64,000 nt of DNA from a virus (lineage: Duplodnaviria; Caudoviricetes): the IMG/VR virus record IMGVR_UViG_3300027782_000030, positions 1-64,000 of that record. The stretch is one strand, 5' to 3'. Below the pieces are notes generated by a model. It worked only from the letters and a program-made list of their open reading frames with translations. It was not told where the DNA came from and ran no database searches. Positions 9,331 to 18,056 of this stretch are shown piece after piece. Position numbers and translations under genes: made by a program. Each line of letters starts with the position of its first letter. The first letter of the stretch is position 1.

Positions 9331-10358
9331 GCTTTCAATGTAGCATTTACTCTACGAACACTGTGACTAATACCACAGTACTGTGTACACTTTGACATAA
9401 CATTCCTTAAGTTGTCAGTACCATACCAAAATCTTTTCAAGTCACCGTATCTCTTTATTTTAAACCCAGGGAACTTATGTGAGAAGCATAAACGGGCAAT
9501 CCCATCCATATCTACCATAATATTTCTGTCGAAGGAATTACAAATCAATTTTTCAGTACCTCGACCATTCCAACCGATCACCGCATCGTTGTTTTTGTGA
9601 ACACTACGATGGTACATCTCAACTGTTTCAATCCATTCAGGATCTAAACTTAGGTTATATTTTTCATTACAATCATTTAATATTTTAAACAACCCTTCAT
9701 GATCTCTAATGACATTGTTGTCGTAAAACTTATCAGCCCGTTGTTTGCCATCTTTATCTATCAGTGTACCAAACATTGGCTGAAGCCAATTTAATTTTAA
9801 CTTATCTGCTTTTAGATCATTCAATACAAAGTCATAAAATTTATCTAAATCTCTGTAATTTTGTTCGCACATTATAGACATTGCGTATACAGGATTAGAT
9901 TTATTTAATTCTTTTCTTGCTTGAAGCAATAGACGAATAGCATTAACAGCCATATCAAATGATCCTACCATGCCTCTAGTTGAATCATGTACTTCAGGTA
10001 TATAACTGTTTAGTGATATAGTAATCTCAGTTGGACCTTCAACGATTAACTTTTTAGCCATTGACAAATCAGTAACCATTGTACCGTTCATCACTGATAA
10101 ACATCTTAGTCCTAATTGGCGACAATATCTAGTAATTGGCCAATATCTTTCAGGATTCATTAATGCTTCACCGCCACATATTACTACTGCACCATGTGGA
10201 TTTAATTCATGAAATTCCTGAATAATATTCCCGCGTTCTTCTATAGTGATATGAGTAGGTAATACAACTTCTTCCCTAGTCCAATACATGCAGGTTTTAC
10301 ATTTTAGATTACACTGTAAGTTAGTATCTAAGAATAGAAATTTTGGCGGGTGATTCAT
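9321..10358 (-). CDS. Radical SAM protein with C-terminal Cys cluster
   Basis: CNLKCKTC motif, GGEAL; stop codon lies within tRNA-Gly. Confidence 0.88.
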   Translation of the reverse strand: MNHPPKFLFLDTNLQCNLKCKTCMYWTREEVVLPTHITIEERGNIIQEFHELNPHGAVVICGGEALMNPERYWPITRYCRQLGLRCLSVMNGTMVTDLSMAKKLIVEGPTEITISLNSYIPEVHDSTRGMVGSFDMAVNAIRLLLQARKELNKSNPVYAMSIMCEQNYRDLDKFYDFVLNDLKADKLKLNWLQPMFGTLIDKDGKQRADKFYDNNVIRDHEGLFKILNDCNEKYNLSLDPEWIETVEMYHRSVHKNNDAVIGWNGRGTEKLICNSFDRNIMVDMDGIARLCFSHKFPGFKIKRYGDLKRFWYGTDNLRNVMSKCTQYCGISHSVRRVNATLKARV

Positions 10359-10366
10359 TAATCTAT

Positions 10367-11035
10367 TTATGCAGGTTTATGCCCACTACTGTCAGTACCT
10401 GTTAATATCCAAGACTTTTCATGTCCTATTTGTATTGTAGGATCTCCCCATATAGTATATCCTAATTGTTTTACTCTGTGACAAAATCCTGTATCTTCTG
10501 ATAAAAAGGTTTCTCTTTCACTATCAGAAAATACTAGAGGTTTGAACCACGGGAATGTCAATGATTCAAATACACCCTTTTGAACACCCATGAATCCCAT
10601 GCCAGTTGCTAATAATTCAATTCGCTCGCCATTAACATCGACCTCATTCCTAGGCATCCAATTCATTGTGTTTTTTTCTTTACCTTCAACTGCCTGTGCG
10701 TATATTTTATTATTGTGTTGAATATAAAATCCAGTTACAATTTTATGTTCGGGGTTACTAATTAGTTTTTCTAAATCCTTAGGTGTCCAAACGCTATCAC
10801 TATCAATCCAAACAATCCAATCGTATTTTACTTTTCCATTAAATGGCTTGAAATCTTTAGGAGGATATCCTGTTCCACCTAATAACCAATTACGGCAATT
10901 ATAAATTACAGGTGTATAAGTAGTGCTAACATTAAATGCTATACCTTCTTTGTTTAACCAATTAACCGTATTAGTCCAACATGTCACCCACGTTCTACTA
11001 AATGACATTCCAGGAAAACAAAATACTATATTCAT
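10367..11035 (-). CDS. GT-A-fold glycosyltransferase-like protein
   Basis: WIDSD (DxD), ATGMGF, SEDTGFC, GHEK motifs. Confidence 0.7.
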   Translation of the reverse strand: MNIVFCFPGMSFSRTWVTCWTNTVNWLNKEGIAFNVSTTYTPVIYNCRNWLLGGTGYPPKDFKPFNGKVKYDWIVWIDSDSVWTPKDLEKLISNPEHKIVTGFYIQHNNKIYAQAVEGKEKNTMNWMPRNEVDVNGERIELLATGMGFMGVQKGVFESLTFPWFKPLVFSDSERETFLSEDTGFCHRVKQLGYTIWGDPTIQIGHEKSWILTGTDSSGHKPA

Positions 11036-11049
11036 AATTATTATTAATT

Positions 11050-11123
11050 TGGTGCCTCGTGACAGAATCGAACTGCCGAAACCGCCGTGTAAAGACGGAG
11101 TTATACCATTTAACTAACGAGGC
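11050..11123 (-). tRNA. trnV: tRNA-Val(TAC)
   Basis: Cloverleaf; loop TT-TAC-AC; CCA. Confidence 0.92.
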
Positions 11124-11133
11124 TTTTTTACTT

Positions 11134-11262
11134 TTAACCTTGCCCTCTATATTTTTTAAAACTTCTTTTTTCTGTTTTATTTAGAGTGCTAGTCTTAACC
11201 TTTCCACCTTGACTAGTTCGTTTAACAACCGATTTTGTAGTACCCTCAGATGCCTTAGCCAT
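11134..11262 (-). CDS. Small very basic protein (42 aa, ...KRSFKKYRGQG)
   Basis: AAGGA RBS and a GTAAATA late-type motif upstream; below ORF-track cutoff. Confidence 0.6.
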   Translation of the reverse strand: MAKASEGTTKSVVKRTSQGGKVKTSTLNKTEKRSFKKYRGQG

Positions 11263-11321
11263 ATAATATCCTTTTTAAAAATGTACAGTATTTACTTAGA
11301 ATACAGATACAGAAAAAAATA

Positions 11322-11759
11322 TTAAGCTAGGTATTCGTAATTGACAGTTTCTTTATTGGCTCTGAATACCGAAGCCCCATTCTTTAAATGAAATCTACGG
11401 GCCATTTCAGTTGGTGGGCTTAATGTTACAAACCTACTAATATGGGGTTTATTGGATTTAATGTAGTCTACTGCGTTTAAAATTAAATCTCTTCCAGCAC
11501 CTGGCTTATAACTCCATATAGTATAGAATATAGCCATGTTAGGATTGCTACCAAGATTAAACAATTCACTTTCTGTTGTAGGTATTTGATCTTGATAACT
11601 AACACAAGTAATTGCTTTTACCGTATTATTTTCGTCTTTTAAAACAAATATGTCTCTATTATTTCCTATTCTAATTGAATGTGGTATATTAGGACGAACG
11701 GGGTCCTCAGCCAAACGGGTAAACAATTCATCTTGGTCTGATTTAATCAAGTATAACAT
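11322..11759 (-). CDS. GNAT-like hypothetical protein
   Basis: FYTIWSYKPGAG...VTLSP...RFHLKNGA; true start MLYLIK (ORF-track start overlaps tRNA-Leu). Confidence 0.55.
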   Translation of the reverse strand: MLYLIKSDQDELFTRLAEDPVRPNIPHSIRIGNNRDIFVLKDENNTVKAITCVSYQDQIPTTESELFNLGSNPNMAIFYTIWSYKPGAGRDLILNAVDYIKSNKPHISRFVTLSPPTEMARRFHLKNGASVFRANKETVNYEYLA

Positions 11760-11797
11760 ATTGCTATTTATTATATGTAGATATAAAAGATATATTT

Positions 11798-11881
11798 TGG
11801 TGCCCCAGGTCGGACTCGAACCGACACGCATTTCTGCACTGGCTTCTAAGACCAGCATGGCTACCGTTACATCACCGGGGC
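11798..11881 (-). tRNA. trnL: tRNA-Leu(TAG)
   Basis: Long variable arm; CT-TAG-AA loop; CCA. Confidence 0.92.
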
Positions 11882-11890
11882 TAATATAAT

Positions 11891-11964
11891 TGGAGCGGGT
11901 AGAGGGAATCGAACCCTCGTATGCAGCTTGGAAGGCTGCCGTTCTACCATTGAACTACACCCGC
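11891..11964 (-). tRNA. trnG: tRNA-Gly(TCC)
   Basis: GCAGC-CTTCCAA-GCTGC; CCA. Confidence 0.95.
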
Positions 11965-11969
11965 ACTGT

Positions 11970-12059
11970 TGGTGGAAGCGGTGAGATTCGAACTCACGGA
12001 CCCCTTTCAGGGCCTTTAGTTTTCAAGACTAACGCAATAGGCCTCTCTGCCACGCTTCC
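11970..12059 (-). tRNA. trnS: tRNA-Ser(TGA)
   Basis: TTAGT-CTTGAAA-ACTAA; long variable arm; CCA. Confidence 0.93.
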
Positions 12060-12065
12060 TATATA

Positions 12066-12316
12066 GGGTGCTCTGCGTCCCTCGGCGGTAGTTATAGTAC
12101 ATCAAGCATATAGACCTCAGAACAACAATTAGTTCTTACCACATACTATCACACATACTTCACCCGCTCACGACAGGGACCGTTCTCGCATTGCCAGCGC
12201 CGGTTAGGTTAGACCGCATGTCGCCATGTGAAGATATTACTCTTCAGAACCACCCGTACATATCACTGTACTTCATATCCTCTGGGTCAGAGTATCCGTT
12301 GATTAGACGGAACGTC
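12066..12316 (-). ncRNA. Putative ~250-nt multi-helix structured RNA, family unassigned
   Basis: ORF-free, GC-richer than flanks; nested and local helices (GGGTGGTTCTG/CAGAGCACCC, GTCCCT/AGGGAC, TCCGT/ACGGA, CTCTG/CAGAG, GTACA/TGTAC, GAAGA/TCTTC, AGAAC/GTTCT). Confidence 0.65.
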
Positions 12317-12317
12317 T

Positions 12318-12405
12318 TGGCGGAGCGTTAGGGAGTCGAACCCTATCAACGATTACTCGTTGTACAGATTAGCAATCTGCTGCCTTACCATCCGGCCCAC
12401 GCTCC
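12318..12405 (-). tRNA. trnS: tRNA-Ser(GCT)
   Basis: TT-GCT-AA loop; long variable arm; CCA. Confidence 0.93.
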
Positions 12406-12409
12406 ATAA

Positions 12410-12475
12410 TGGATGAAAGAAGTGCGGGGGAAGGAGCAGTTACTCATCATCCGTTGTTTATCCCACACTCTTTCA
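12410..12475 (-). ncRNA. Long-stem small RNA ending in NCCA
   Basis: TGAAAGA-GTGTGGG pairs with CCCGCAC-T-TCTTTCA, followed by TCCA. Confidence 0.45.
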
Positions 12476-12478
12476 ACT

Positions 12479-12555
12479 TGGTGCCTCCGGAGGGACTTGA
12501 ACCCCCAACCAACGGCTTATGAGGCCGCTGCTCTAACCGATTGAGCTACAAAGGC
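12479..12555 (-). tRNA. tRNA-Met or Ile2 (CAT)
   Basis: GCGGC-CTCATAA-GCCGT; G1-C72 pair so not initiator; Met vs lysidine-Ile not resolvable by eye. Confidence 0.88.
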
Positions 12556-12974
12556 AATTCTTTTTTGTAATACTTTGCTAAATTATTCTTAGACCAACGA
12601 CCATTTCCCCGATTTGCACCAGCGAAATTTTCTGTTTGACTATGACAATTGGGACAAAGCAATCGCAAATTCTTTGGTTCGTTATTGTCAGCATTGCCAT
12701 CTATATGATCTACCTGCAAAACAATCTCTTTGCCATTGTATTCTGAAATACTACAGCATTCACATTTATAACCTCGTAACTCTGAAAGAATCTTTCTAAT
12801 TCTAGGTCTATGTGATACTTTACCCTCCATAAATTCTTGCTTACTTTTTTCGTGTATTTGTTTGGACCTTAGTTCAAGTTGACACTTATTGTTGCAGTAC
12901 TTATGTGTATAAGTATAACCCTTAAAAGGGATAAGGCTATCGCAATTCAGACATTTAAAAATATTATTTTTCAT
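12546..12974 (-). CDS. HNH (homing) endonuclease
   Basis: CECC...VDHIDGNADNN...NLRLLCPNCHS; N-terminal C..C/YCNNKCQ zinc motif; stop inside tRNA(CAT). Confidence 0.9.
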   Translation of the reverse strand: MKNNIFKCLNCDSLIPFKGYTYTHKYCNNKCQLELRSKQIHEKSKQEFMEGKVSHRPRIRKILSELRGYKCECCSISEYNGKEIVLQVDHIDGNADNNEPKNLRLLCPNCHSQTENFAGANRGNGRWSKNNLAKYYKKELPL

Positions 12975-13012
12975 GGTTAAAGCACTCTCTACTACTTATT
13001 TATGCCTTAACC
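12975..13012 (-). promoter_or_regulatory. Late promoter inside a start-sequestering hairpin
   Basis: GGTTAAGGCA/TGCTTTAACC 10-bp stem ending at the HNH ATG; CATAAATA at 12997-13004. Confidence 0.65.
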
Positions 13013-13032
13013 GAAATAATCATTTGTATACT

Positions 13033-13118
13033 TGGTGCCCGGGGCCGGACTCGAACCGGCACGCCTTGTGAGCGAGAGATTTTAAGTCTCTTGTGTCTAC
13101 CTATTTCACCACCCGGGC
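13033..13118 (-). tRNA. trnL: tRNA-Leu(TAA)
   Basis: AGAGA-CTTAAAA-TCTCT; long variable arm; CCA. Confidence 0.95.
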
Positions 13119-13160
13119 GTTAATTTTTAAAGAACTTCTGATTTCTCAGTGTATGTATAC

Positions 13161-13189
13161 ATTGTACACGACACCTGAACATTTGTCAA
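13161..13189 (-). promoter_or_regulatory. sigma70-type promoter for a tRNA block
   Basis: TTGACA-N17-TACAAT with TG. Confidence 0.8.
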
Positions 13190-13777
13190 TTATTTTAAGA
13201 GGCTTTCTACCCGATCTACAACTAGATCCCAATGTTCAGTAAACCTGTGACCACCGTTCTCTAAGACGGTCGTTGTTGCGTAAGGAAAGCCTTCTAGCAT
13301 AGACTCATAGGGGATGACCTCATCATCTTTAGCGACAAACAAGCTTATCAAGCTAGGTTCATATATCCTACGAACATATTCTCGCATATCGTCTAGCTTA
13401 TCCAAGTGGGCTAGAGAAACCAAAAATTCTTCACCAGTATGATAGTTTTTATTGGGTCCCAACTTCTCCTTAAGAGTCTCACTGGGTGTAACACTAGGGT
13501 TGACTAACACAGCACAACTGTCATATAAGTGACCGAAATGATTTGCGTAGAATGCTCCTAGACTAGTGCCAACGAATACCAATTTTTCATCTGGTCCCCT
13601 AGTTTTCATAAAGTTATGCACAATATTGTGCATTAGCGAGAACACTTCATCGGGGTCAAAAGGAAGATCGGGAGCGATTACCTTATCGTCGCCGAACCGT
13701 TCCTTAAGCGCAGTGACCTTATCACTAGCACCTGAACTCGCAAAACCGTGTAAGTAAACTATCATGTTGATGTCCAA
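13190..13777 (-). CDS. YqiA/YcfP-family alpha/beta-hydrolase (esterase)
   Basis: YLHGFASS, GTSLG nucleophile elbow, GGHRF. Confidence 0.88.
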   Translation of the reverse strand: MDINMIVYLHGFASSGASDKVTALKERFGDDKVIAPDLPFDPDEVFSLMHNIVHNFMKTRGPDEKLVFVGTSLGAFYANHFGHLYDSCAVLVNPSVTPSETLKEKLGPNKNYHTGEEFLVSLAHLDKLDDMREYVRRIYEPSLISLFVAKDDEVIPYESMLEGFPYATTTVLENGGHRFTEHWDLVVDRVESLLK

Positions 13778-13796
13778 AAGTTTCTATCTGAACTAT

Positions 13797-13825
13797 AGTA
13801 TAGCAAACTATAAAATAATTGTCAA
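13797..13825 (-). promoter_or_regulatory. sigma70-type promoter
   Basis: TTGACA-N17-TATACT with TG. Confidence 0.8.
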
Positions 13826-14451
13826 ATTTTGGATGCGATATTATCAGGAAGATTCTTTAAATCAAAGCCTAAATTAGCTAATTTTTCTTTACCTTGTGGA
13901 CTTAATTTGACAAATCCAACTATTATCTTTTCATGCGGTTCACCCTGAATTAATCTAGTATAATGATATCCATCAGGGTTTAATTCTAATATCTTTTTAC
14001 CAGTTAAAAACTCAGCATATTTATTGTCAATTGGCTTTGCGCCTGCTTTAAGCATTATTTTTTCAGCAGGTCCGCTTACTTCTGCCCATGCTCTTTTTGT
14101 TTTAATGTCATCATTTTTGAGCATATTATAATCTTTTAATCCTTGTGTAGTGGCTTTATATTTACCTTCAGGATTAAGTTCTGTTTCAGTAGCACTAGCA
14201 ATCATTTTAAAATTATCCGTATTAGGTACTTGTTTATAAACACCTAATGCAGTTATGTGATCACCACGGCGAACTACTTTCCAATAACCAGGATCATTTG
14301 CTAATTCTTCAGGACTATTGGCACTTTTAAAGCCGCCAATCTTTTTGTAACTACGCTGAAGCATATCCCATATTTTATCCGCATACTTCATTTTTTCTTC
14401 AGGAGTATGTAGATTAAGAACCTTTTCAACTAATAATTGATGATAACGCAT
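13822..14451 (-). CDS. Hypothetical phage protein
   Basis: 209-aa ORF preceded by CATAAATA. Confidence 0.7.
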   Translation of the reverse strand: MRYHQLLVEKVLNLHTPEEKMKYADKIWDMLQRSYKKIGGFKSANSPEELANDPGYWKVVRRGDHITALGVYKQVPNTDNFKMIASATETELNPEGKYKATTQGLKDYNMLKNDDIKTKRAWAEVSGPAEKIMLKAGAKPIDNKYAEFLTGKKILELNPDGYHYTRLIQGEPHEKIIVGFVKLSPQGKEKLANLGFDLKNLPDNIASKI

Positions 14452-14455
14452 CTAG

Positions 14456-14498
14456 TATTTATGCAATGCGGCAATATCATATCTACAATGCATAAATA
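14456..14498. promoter_or_regulatory. Back-to-back T4-late-like promoters
   Basis: TATTTATGCA...TGCATAAATA 10-bp inverted repeat between divergent genes. Confidence 0.65.
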
Positions 14499-14505
14499 AC
14501 AATGT

Positions 14506-15396
14506 ATGAACAATATCTATTTAGTTTCGTTTCTTGGTGGAGGAGGTGGTGATTTTTTATGCTCTCAAATTTCTAAAGACTGTAATTTTTATCCATTAGA
14601 ATATACAATTAATTCTGTTACTAATACCTGTGATTTAACAAATCCATTTTTAAAATGGAATATTGACTTAAAAAATCATCTTAGATTTAAAGTATTAGAA
14701 ATTTCTGATGTTATCTTAGAAGAAATAGATTTATATTATAATGAAAAAAATTTAGTAGCACCTACTCATTTTTTTGGTAATCTTAGTGAAATTAAATTGC
14801 CTAGGCTTAAAGGAGTTCACCTATACACTAAACAATTTTTTCCCCTTTTCTATCTGTTGTTATGGATAAAAAGATGGGTTCTCATACAAGAGTTTGAAAA
14901 TAAAGAGATTTTTTTAAGAAAGGTAATAAGTGCTAGTAGTTTGCCCAATGATGCCTATGCTAAAATCTTTAGAGATAAAATAGCAGATAATATATTGGCA
15001 AATAGAAATTTTGTGTATGAGTTTGAACTAAGAGCCGCAACCAGATTATTTCGTAATGCTATAGATTGCGTTGAATGGTTTTATAGATATTATTGTTTTG
15101 TTTTTGCCTTTCCTAATCCTCACACCGTATCTAAAGATTGGATTCCATATAATATAGATAATCTCTACTTAGACCCAGTTAATAACTCAGAAGAATTTTG
15201 TCAACTGTTCAATATGGAAAAACCAATCGATCCTGAAATTATTGTATCATACTATTCTAAAAATTTACAGGTAATCGAAGAAATATTCGGCGAACCATAT
15301 GAAGTTTTTATTCTAGGTGACTGGTTATCAAAATTAAAAAAATGGATTGAACTTAAATGTCCAAATTCATATTCAGTCGATTTTAAAATTTTATAG
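14506..15396 (+). CDS. Hypothetical protein, paralogue 1 (GGGGGDFL N-terminus)
   Basis: 296 aa; tandem paralogue of the next ORF; Gly-rich loop suggests a P-loop/sulfotransferase-like fold (weak). Confidence 0.7.
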   Translation: MNNIYLVSFLGGGGGDFLCSQISKDCNFYPLEYTINSVTNTCDLTNPFLKWNIDLKNHLRFKVLEISDVILEEIDLYYNEKNLVAPTHFFGNLSEIKLPRLKGVHLYTKQFFPLFYLLLWIKRWVLIQEFENKEIFLRKVISASSLPNDAYAKIFRDKIADNILANRNFVYEFELRAATRLFRNAIDCVEWFYRYYCFVFAFPNPHTVSKDWIPYNIDNLYLDPVNNSEEFCQLFNMEKPIDPEIIVSYYSKNLQVIEEIFGEPYEVFILGDWLSKLKKWIELKCPNSYSVDFKIL

Positions 15397-15404
15397 GAAA
15401 ATCA

Positions 15405-16301
15405 ATGAACAATATCTATTTACTTGCATTTAATGGCGGATCAGGAGGAGATTTTTTATGCTCTCAAATCTCTAAAGATAGTGATTTTTATCCATTAGAA
15501 TATAAAATTAATCCTATTACCAATACCTATGATTTAGAAAATCCATTTGCAAAATGGAATTTAAATACAAAAAACCAATTCATGCAAGATTTACTAGTTA
15601 CTACCGACAATACATTAGAAAATATAGATTTACATTATAATGAAAAAAATTTAGTAGCACCTATTCATTTTTTTAGTTATTTTAATCAAGCGCATTTAGA
15701 TACAATATATAGATTACCTAGACTTAAGATAATTAGAGTATATAGTAATCAATTAACTCCCCTTTTTTATTTATTACTATGGATAAAAAGATGGGTTCTC
15801 ATACAAGAGTGTGAAAATAAAGAGATTTTTATTAGAGAACACATTTCAATATATACCTCTAAATTCCATATATCTACTAGAAATAAAATACTTGATAGCA
15901 TATTTGCAAATAGAAATTATTATTATGCATTTGAAATTTTAGCCATGTCAAATTTATTTAATAATTCCACGGATTTTGTTAAGAATTTTTTTTTAAAAAA
16001 ATATAATTATTATAATACCTTCGTTCAAAATAACACTGGTAAATGGATTCCATATAATATAGATAATCTCTACTTAGACCCAGTTAATAACTCAGAAGAA
16101 TTTTGTCAACTTTTAAATATGGAAAAACCAATCGATCCCGAAATTATTTCAAACTACTACTTTAGAAATTTACAGGTAATCGAAGAAACATTTGGCGAAC
16201 CATATGAAGTTTTTATTCTAGGTGATTGGTTATCAAAATTAACAGAATGGGTACAAATTCAGTGCCCAAATGCATATTCAGTCGATTTTAAAATTTTGTA
16301 A
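15405..16301 (+). CDS. Hypothetical protein, paralogue 2 (GGSGGDFL N-terminus)
   Basis: 298 aa; shares long identical tracts with 14506-15396. Confidence 0.7.
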   Translation: MNNIYLLAFNGGSGGDFLCSQISKDSDFYPLEYKINPITNTYDLENPFAKWNLNTKNQFMQDLLVTTDNTLENIDLHYNEKNLVAPIHFFSYFNQAHLDTIYRLPRLKIIRVYSNQLTPLFYLLLWIKRWVLIQECENKEIFIREHISIYTSKFHISTRNKILDSIFANRNYYYAFEILAMSNLFNNSTDFVKNFFLKKYNYYNTFVQNNTGKWIPYNIDNLYLDPVNNSEEFCQLLNMEKPIDPEIISNYYFRNLQVIEETFGEPYEVFILGDWLSKLTEWVQIQCPNAYSVDFKIL

Positions 16302-17234
16302 TATAGGAACCCATTGTTCTCTTAGTTGAGTCATACTATTTTTAAAACCAGCAGGTGTTAATTCTCTTTCTTCTATAAACATATAATTTTGATCAAAAAA
16401 CTTTTTGGCTTCAACAGATCGTATTGTACGAGAAAAGTTTTCCACATACCATTTAACTATATCCTGATCAATACCTTTGGGCAATATTATACCCCAAGCT
16501 GCATATACATTCATTCCCGGCACCCATCGATTCATCAATGGAGCATCAATTCCTGCTATAGGTTTTTCACCACATATGCCAATAAATTTAATTTTTCCAC
16601 TAGACAACAATGTAGCGGCTACCGCAGTAGGGACAATACCAAACTCAACATGACCTCCGGCAACGTCTTGTGCGGCTTGAGCAGGACCTTTATATCCCAC
16701 AGTCTTAACTAAATCACTGACTTTGACTTTGGTAGTCATATATTCAAATGCTAATTTATGAGCACCGCTACCAGCAGCAAAAGTAATAGGTTTGTCGGTA
16801 TTTTTAATTTTTTCTAATAATTCAGGCACACTATTAACAGTGCTACCACTATAAGCAATAATGGCTAATGGACTTTTGCCAATGGTAACTACATATTCAA
16901 AATCTTCTAAAGTATATTTTACAGCTGGTTTATTGAAGAATTCAGCAGTGACCCAAATTCCTTGATGACTAGGCACATATAAATGATAGCCATCTGCTGG
17001 CTTTTTGATGAATTCATTCATAGCCACCACACCATCTGCGCCTGGCTTGTTTTCAATAACGAAATTAATTTTAGGATTAGATTTTTCTAATATACTACCA
17101 ATACCACGAAACCCTATTTCATTACCCGATCCTGGTGCGAACCCTATCAGTACATTAATAGGTTTAGTTGGTTCCCAAGCTAAGGCCAACATTGATGATG
17201 TTGCTAATAGCAAACTAATAAATGCTTTTTTCAT
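16278..17234 (-). CDS. Bug/TctC tripartite tricarboxylate transporter substrate-binding protein
   Basis: Signal peptide; P.KPI...IGFAPG, ENKPGADG, YKG...AQDVAGGHV motifs. Confidence 0.88.
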   Translation of the reverse strand: MKKAFISLLLATSSMLALAWEPTKPINVLIGFAPGSGNEIGFRGIGSILEKSNPKINFVIENKPGADGVVAMNEFIKKPADGYHLYVPSHQGIWVTAEFFNKPAVKYTLEDFEYVVTIGKSPLAIIAYSGSTVNSVPELLEKIKNTDKPITFAAGSGAHKLAFEYMTTKVKVSDLVKTVGYKGPAQAAQDVAGGHVEFGIVPTAVAATLLSSGKIKFIGICGEKPIAGIDAPLMNRWVPGMNVYAAWGIILPKGIDQDIVKWYVENFSRTIRSVEAKKFFDQNYMFIEERELTPAGFKNSMTQLREQWVPILQNFKID

Positions 17235-17241
17235 ATTTTTC

Positions 17242-17499
17242 CTATTTGAAATAAAGATAAAGTAATCCGGGGATTATAATAAAAAATTGAGGAATAAAAT
17301 TAAGCATCAATGCTTTTTCTTTCCATTTATACCCAACATATATCCATCCACTAGCCCCTATCATTTGTACAATACTATTCCATGGGGTAATCCCTAAAAC
17401 ATGTAATACCATTGCACATAGTATTATTAAAGCACTAGCATATTTAATATAAAAAACATGGTCTTTCATTTTAATATAGTTACTAATATATCTGACCAT
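17242..17499 (-). CDS. Small membrane protein
   Basis: Three hydrophobic helices. Confidence 0.6.
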   Translation of the reverse strand: MVRYISNYIKMKDHVFYIKYASALIILCAMVLHVLGITPWNSIVQMIGASGWIYVGYKWKEKALMLNFIPQFFIIIPGLLYLYFK

Positions 17500-18056
17500 T
17501 TATTTTTTACCTCTATAGTTTGATTAAAGTTAGAGTCAATCCAACTTGATGTAAAGTAACTCCAAGTCAGATTATGCTTATAAGCAAATTCTAATATATG
17601 AGCATTTTGATTGCTTATTTCCCCTAACATATTGGTACTGTTTTTATACCATGTATAATCAGGATACTTAATGCTAAACCCACCTGCTTCATGCCACCAA
17701 GCATAACTAGTTATGTCCGGTCTATAAATTAACATTATCCAATCATCAGGAAAAAATGTTTTAACATCATCTAAGATGTATGCCCAATCATGGCTTTTGA
17801 TTAATCTTGTACCATCTAAATTAGACCATGCTTGATCTATGTATTCAGCATCAAGCATTGCATCGAACTCCATGTTTTGTCCGAAATACGCACCTTTATG
17901 CCCGGTGAAACCATTGTGATTATATTCTCTTTCAGGAGTGCGGTCACTTGTATTGAATCCATCTAGGCTTTCAATAGTCTGTGCTATGCCACTCCAGCGA
18001 CTTCCTGGTACTCCAGTAAAAAATATCCTTTTAGGAAGTTCTATGCCATTCTGCAT
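17466..18056 (-). CDS. Hypothetical protein, P-loop/sulfotransferase-like
   Basis: IFFTGVPGSRWSG, LIKSH, LIYRP motifs. Confidence 0.55.
   Translation of the reverse strand: MQNGIELPKRIFFTGVPGSRWSGIAQTIESLDGFNTSDRTPEREYNHNGFTGHKGAYFGQNMEFDAMLDAEYIDQAWSNLDGTRLIKSHDWAYILDDVKTFFPDDWIMLIYRPDITSYAWWHEAGGFSIKYPDYTWYKNSTNMLGEISNQNAHILEFAYKHNLTWSYFTSSWIDSNFNQTIEVKNKWSDILVTILK

Noticed and set aside
11760-11858. N-terminal extension of ORF 11322-11858
   Set aside because: It runs through tRNA-Leu; the ATG at 11759 is the plausible start
12435-12460. ATGATGAG-stem-CTC resembling a hammerhead core
   Set aside because: Core is ATGATGA not CTGATGA, and no GAAA follows the stem
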